From NCBI GenBank assembly GCA_030390025.1, contig JASTWF010000037.1:1-64000 (forward strand): 64,000 bases of DNA. The letters run 5' to 3'. A model generated the notes under the pieces. That model was not told where the DNA came from and did not search any database. It saw nothing but the letters and a program-made list of their open reading frames with translations. Positions 60,151 through 64,000 of this stretch are shown one piece after another. Source of the DNA: Squalus acanthias. Taxonomy: Eukaryota. Position 1 is the first letter of the stretch, and each line of letters opens with the position of its first letter. Both the position numbers and the translations under genes were made by a program.

Positions 60151-60286
60151 ATACAAAAATGAGAAGTCGCACAACACCAGGTTATAGTCCAACAGTTTTA
60201 TTTGAAATCACGAGCTTTCGGAGCGCTGCTCCTTCGTCAGGTAAATTTTTTGTCCACCCCAGTCCAACACCGGCATCTCCGCATCA
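60151..60286. mobile_element. Short Penelope pseudo-LTR insertion with internal inversion and a hammerhead motif (60208-60244, -)
   Basis: Matches pieces of 23212-23335; TSD TATTTGTTGT at 60141-50 and 60287-96. Confidence 0.8.
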
Positions 60287-60574
60287 TATTTGTTGTGTGT
60301 GTGTGTTGTTTGTTGTGTGTTATTTGTCCCCCACCCCGCCCAGGTCCCTCTAGTGTTTGGACTCTGGGCAGCTGGCCCAGGGGCAGCAGAAGAAAGCAGC
60401 AACCTCTGAACCCAGGGTACAGTGAGTCAGCGGCTTTTAATCTGAATGCAAAATCTGCTTTGCTTTCCGTTTTTTAAACCAGACTGTTCCAGAGTCGCCA
60501 CACGCACAATCCCCCGTGCGCGCACACGCAAAGACACGTGCCCAAACACACGTGCCCACTCGTGCTCACGCTCC

Positions 60575-60787
60575 CACTCAGTCTCTCTCACACACTCACA
60601 CACACACTCACACTCAGTCTCACACACTCACACACACAGTCTCACACACACACACACACACACACTCAGTCTCACACACACACACTCAGTCTCACACACA
60701 CACACACTCAGTCTCTCACACACACACACACTCAGTCTCACACACACACTCACTCACACTCAGTCTCACACACTCACACACACAGTC

Positions 60788-60818
<31 letters not shown>

Positions 60819-62075
60819 GTCTCACACACACACACTCAGTCTCACACACACACACTCAGTCTCTCACACACACACACACTCAGTCTCACACACACACTCA
60901 CACACACTCAGTCTCACACACGCACACTCACACTCAGTCTCACACACACTCAGTCTCACACACACACTCACACTCAGTCTCACACACACACACTCAGTCT
61001 CTCACACACACACACACTCAGTCTCTCACACACACACACACTCAGTCTCACACACACACTCACACACACTCAGTCTCACACACACTCACACTCAGTCTCA
61101 CACACACACACTCAGTCTCTCACACACACACACTCAGTCTCTCACACACACACACACTCAGTCTCACACACACACACACACACTCAGTCTCACACACGCA
61201 CACTCACACTCAGTCTCACACACACTCAGTCTCACACACACACTCACACTCAGTCTCACACACACACTCACACTCAGTCTCACACACACACACACTCAGT
61301 CTCACACACACACTCACACACACTCACACTCAGTCTCACACACACACACACACTCAGTCTCACACACACACTCACACTCAGTCTCACACACTCACACACA
61401 CACTCAGTCTCACACACACACTCACACACACACTCACACTCAGTCTCACACACACACACACACACTCAGTCTCACACACTCACAAACACACTCAGTCTCA
61501 CACACACACACACACACTCAGTCTCACACACACACACTCAGTCTCTCACACACACTCAGTCTCACACACACACACTCAGTCTCTCACACACACTCAGTCT
61601 CACACACACACACACAGTCTCTCACACACACTCAGTCTCACACACACACACACTCAGTCTCACACACACACTCAGTCTCACACACACACACACACTCAGT
61701 CTCACACACACACACACACACACTCAGTCTCACACACACACACACTCAGTCTCACACACACACACACACACTCAGTCTCACACACACACACACACTCAGT
61801 CTCACACACACACACACACACTCAGTCTCACACACACACACACACTCAGTCTCACACACACACACTCAGTCTCACACACACACACACACACACTCAGTCT
61901 CACACGCACACACACACACTCAGTCTCACACGCACACACACACTCAGTCTCACACACACACACACACACTCAGTCTCACACACACACACACACTCAGTCT
62001 CACACACACACACACACACTCAGTCTCACACACACACACACACTCAGTCACACACACACACACTCAGTCTCACAC
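60575..62075. repeat. (CA)n microsatellite punctuated by CTCAGTCT
   Basis: Directly visible. Confidence 0.96.
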
Positions 62076-62094
62076 TTTCCAAGCGGAGGTAATG

Positions 62095-62770
62095 TGCTCC
62101 ACGGCCACTATTTTGAAGACGAGCAGGGGGAGTTCTTCCCCGGTGTCTTGGGGCCAGCTGACATCAAAAAGATATAGGCGATCTGGTCATTATCTCATTG
62201 CTGTTTGTGGGACCCTGCTGTGCGTAAATTCACTGCCGAGTTCCCGACATTACAACAGTGACTCGACTTAAAAAGTACTTAATTGGCTGTAAAGCGCTTT
62301 GCGACGTCCTGAGGTGGTGAAAGGCGCTGTAGAAATGCAAGTCTTTCTTGTCTCGGCAGTCATTTTGTTCACAGCACAAGCAGTTAATCGACTCGGAACT
62401 GCTGCCTCTTGACACCCATTTCCACAAACAACACCTTGCATTTATACAGAGCTTTTAATTTAGTAAAACATCCCAAGGCGCTTCACAGGAGCGTTTACCA
62501 GAGAGAATTTGACACCGAGCCACCTCAGGACAGGTTGATCAAAAGCTTAGTCAAAGAAGTAGGTTTTTAAAGAGCGTCTTAAAGGAGGAGAGAGAGGTAG
62601 AGAGGCGGAGAGGTTTAGGGAGGGAACTCCAGAGCTTCGGGCCCAGGCGGCTGAAGACCCGGCCGCCAATGGTGGGGCGATGAAAATCGGGGGATCCGCA
62701 AGAGGCCAGAATTGGAGGAGCGCAGAGATCTCGGAAAGTTTGTCGGGCTGGAGGAGGTTACAGAGATAGG
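62095..62770. mobile_element. SINE 3' half (+, 62095-62345) and L2-type 3' fragment (-, 62430-62770)
   Basis: Match to other copies in the window. Confidence 0.7.
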
Positions 62771-63199
62771 GAGGATTTCCAGGCTTCTCCCTGTGGGGCG
62801 GGGGGGGGGGGGTTAGAAGCCCCTCCTGTCTTTGTGAGCGAACGTCCGTCGAATGAGCTCCATTCCATGTCAGGCGGGTGGGACCAGGGCTGTGTGCGTA
62901 CTTTGTACTGAACCATATGAAACAGCACCTCGACGGGGCGGGGGGGGGGGGGGGGGGGGGGGGGAGGGAGGGAGGTGTGGAGTTTGGCAATTTGCAACTC
63001 ATTAACACCTTTTGCTCATCTCGCCTCAGCTGCAGGCGTCTGGTGACGGCGCGAAAGGCAGCAAATCCGGGTCAGACGGAGAGTTAACCCTTTCCTGCGC
63101 TCAGCTCCCGCACCCTCCCCCACCCCCGCACTGCCATCCTCGATGGTCCAGTGTGTGTGTGTGTTTGTGCTTGTGTTTGGGACTGTTTGTGTGTGTGTG

Positions 63200-63990
63200 T
63201 ACCCGCTGTGTGCTGTACATGTACAGGAGCTGACACTGAGACACACACGCGCCGTACAGTACCAGACGGGAGTGAATCGTTCCCTTTTACCCGCTGTGTG
63301 CTGTACATGTACAGGAGCTGACACTGAGACACACACGGGCCGTACAGTACCAGACGGGAGTGAATCGTTCCCTTTTACCCGCTGTGTGCTGTACATATAC
63401 AGGAGCTGACATTGAGACACACACGGGCCGTACAGTACCAGACGGGAGTGAATCGTTCCCTTTTACCCTCTGTGTACTGCTCATGTACAGGAGCTGACAC
63501 TGAGACACACACGGGCCGTACAGTACCAGACGGGAGTGAATTGTTCCCTTTTACCCGCTGTGTGCTGTACATGTAAAGGAGCTGACACTGAGACACACAC
63601 GGGCCGTACAGTACCAGACGGGAGTGAATCGTTCCCTTTTACCCGCTGTGTGCTGTACATGTACAGGAGCTGACACTGAGACACGCACGGGCCGTACAGT
63701 ACCAGACGGGAGTGAATCGTTCCCTTTTACCCGCTGTACGTGTACAGGAGCTGACACTGAGACACACACGGGCAGCACAGTACCAGACGGGAGTGAATCG
63801 TTCCCTTTTACCCGCTGTGTGCTGTACATGTACAGGAGCTGACACTGAGACACACACGGGCAGCACAGTACCAGACGGGAGTGAATCGTTCCCTTTTACC
63901 CGCTGTGTGCTGTATATGTACAGGAGCTGACACTGAGACACACACGGGCAGCACAGTACCAGACGGGAGTGAATCGTTCCCTTTTACCAG
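63200..63990. repeat. Tandem array, 88-bp unit (~9 copies)
   Basis: 88-bp periodicity of CAGTACCAGACGGGAGTGAATCGTTCCCTTTTACC. Confidence 0.95.
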
Positions 63991-64000
63991 ATGTTGAACA

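Noticed and set aside
60446..62271. His/Thr-rich ORFs of ~550 aa
   Set aside because: Translation of a (CA)n microsatellite.

Overview
Eukaryotic, repeat-rich vertebrate DNA. The repeat families (CR1/L2 LINE tails, tRNA-derived SINEs, Penelope elements) suggest a cartilaginous fish such as a shark; this is inference. The + strand carries part of an insulin receptor substrate (IRS) gene: a 2.5-kb GC-rich exon encoding the PTB domain and phosphotyrosine tail (27482-29989), a candidate last exon (36791 onward), and four short copies of the 3' end of the PH-domain exon plus splice donor, embedded in a ~17-kb C/T-rich minisatellite field. The main discovery is a complete, very young 12,632-bp endogenous retrovirus on the - strand (43186-55817). 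It has two apparently identical 1,619-bp LTRs, a 4-bp TSD (GACA), and an 18-nt tRNA-Arg(UCG) PBS that overlaps the gag start codon. Gag and Pol are joined by a UGA-CUAG readthrough signal, and Pol has a dead tether RNase H followed by an intact RNase H. The envelope resembles a paramyxo/pneumovirus F protein rather than a retroviral SU/TM, with an extra N-terminal Ig-like module and one frameshift. This architecture fits a lokiretrovirus-like lineage. Also present are Penelope fragments with minimal hammerhead ribozymes, a putative MITE, many LINE and SINE fragments, and several tandem arrays. All calls were made by eye; repeat boundaries are approximate unless a TSD is given.
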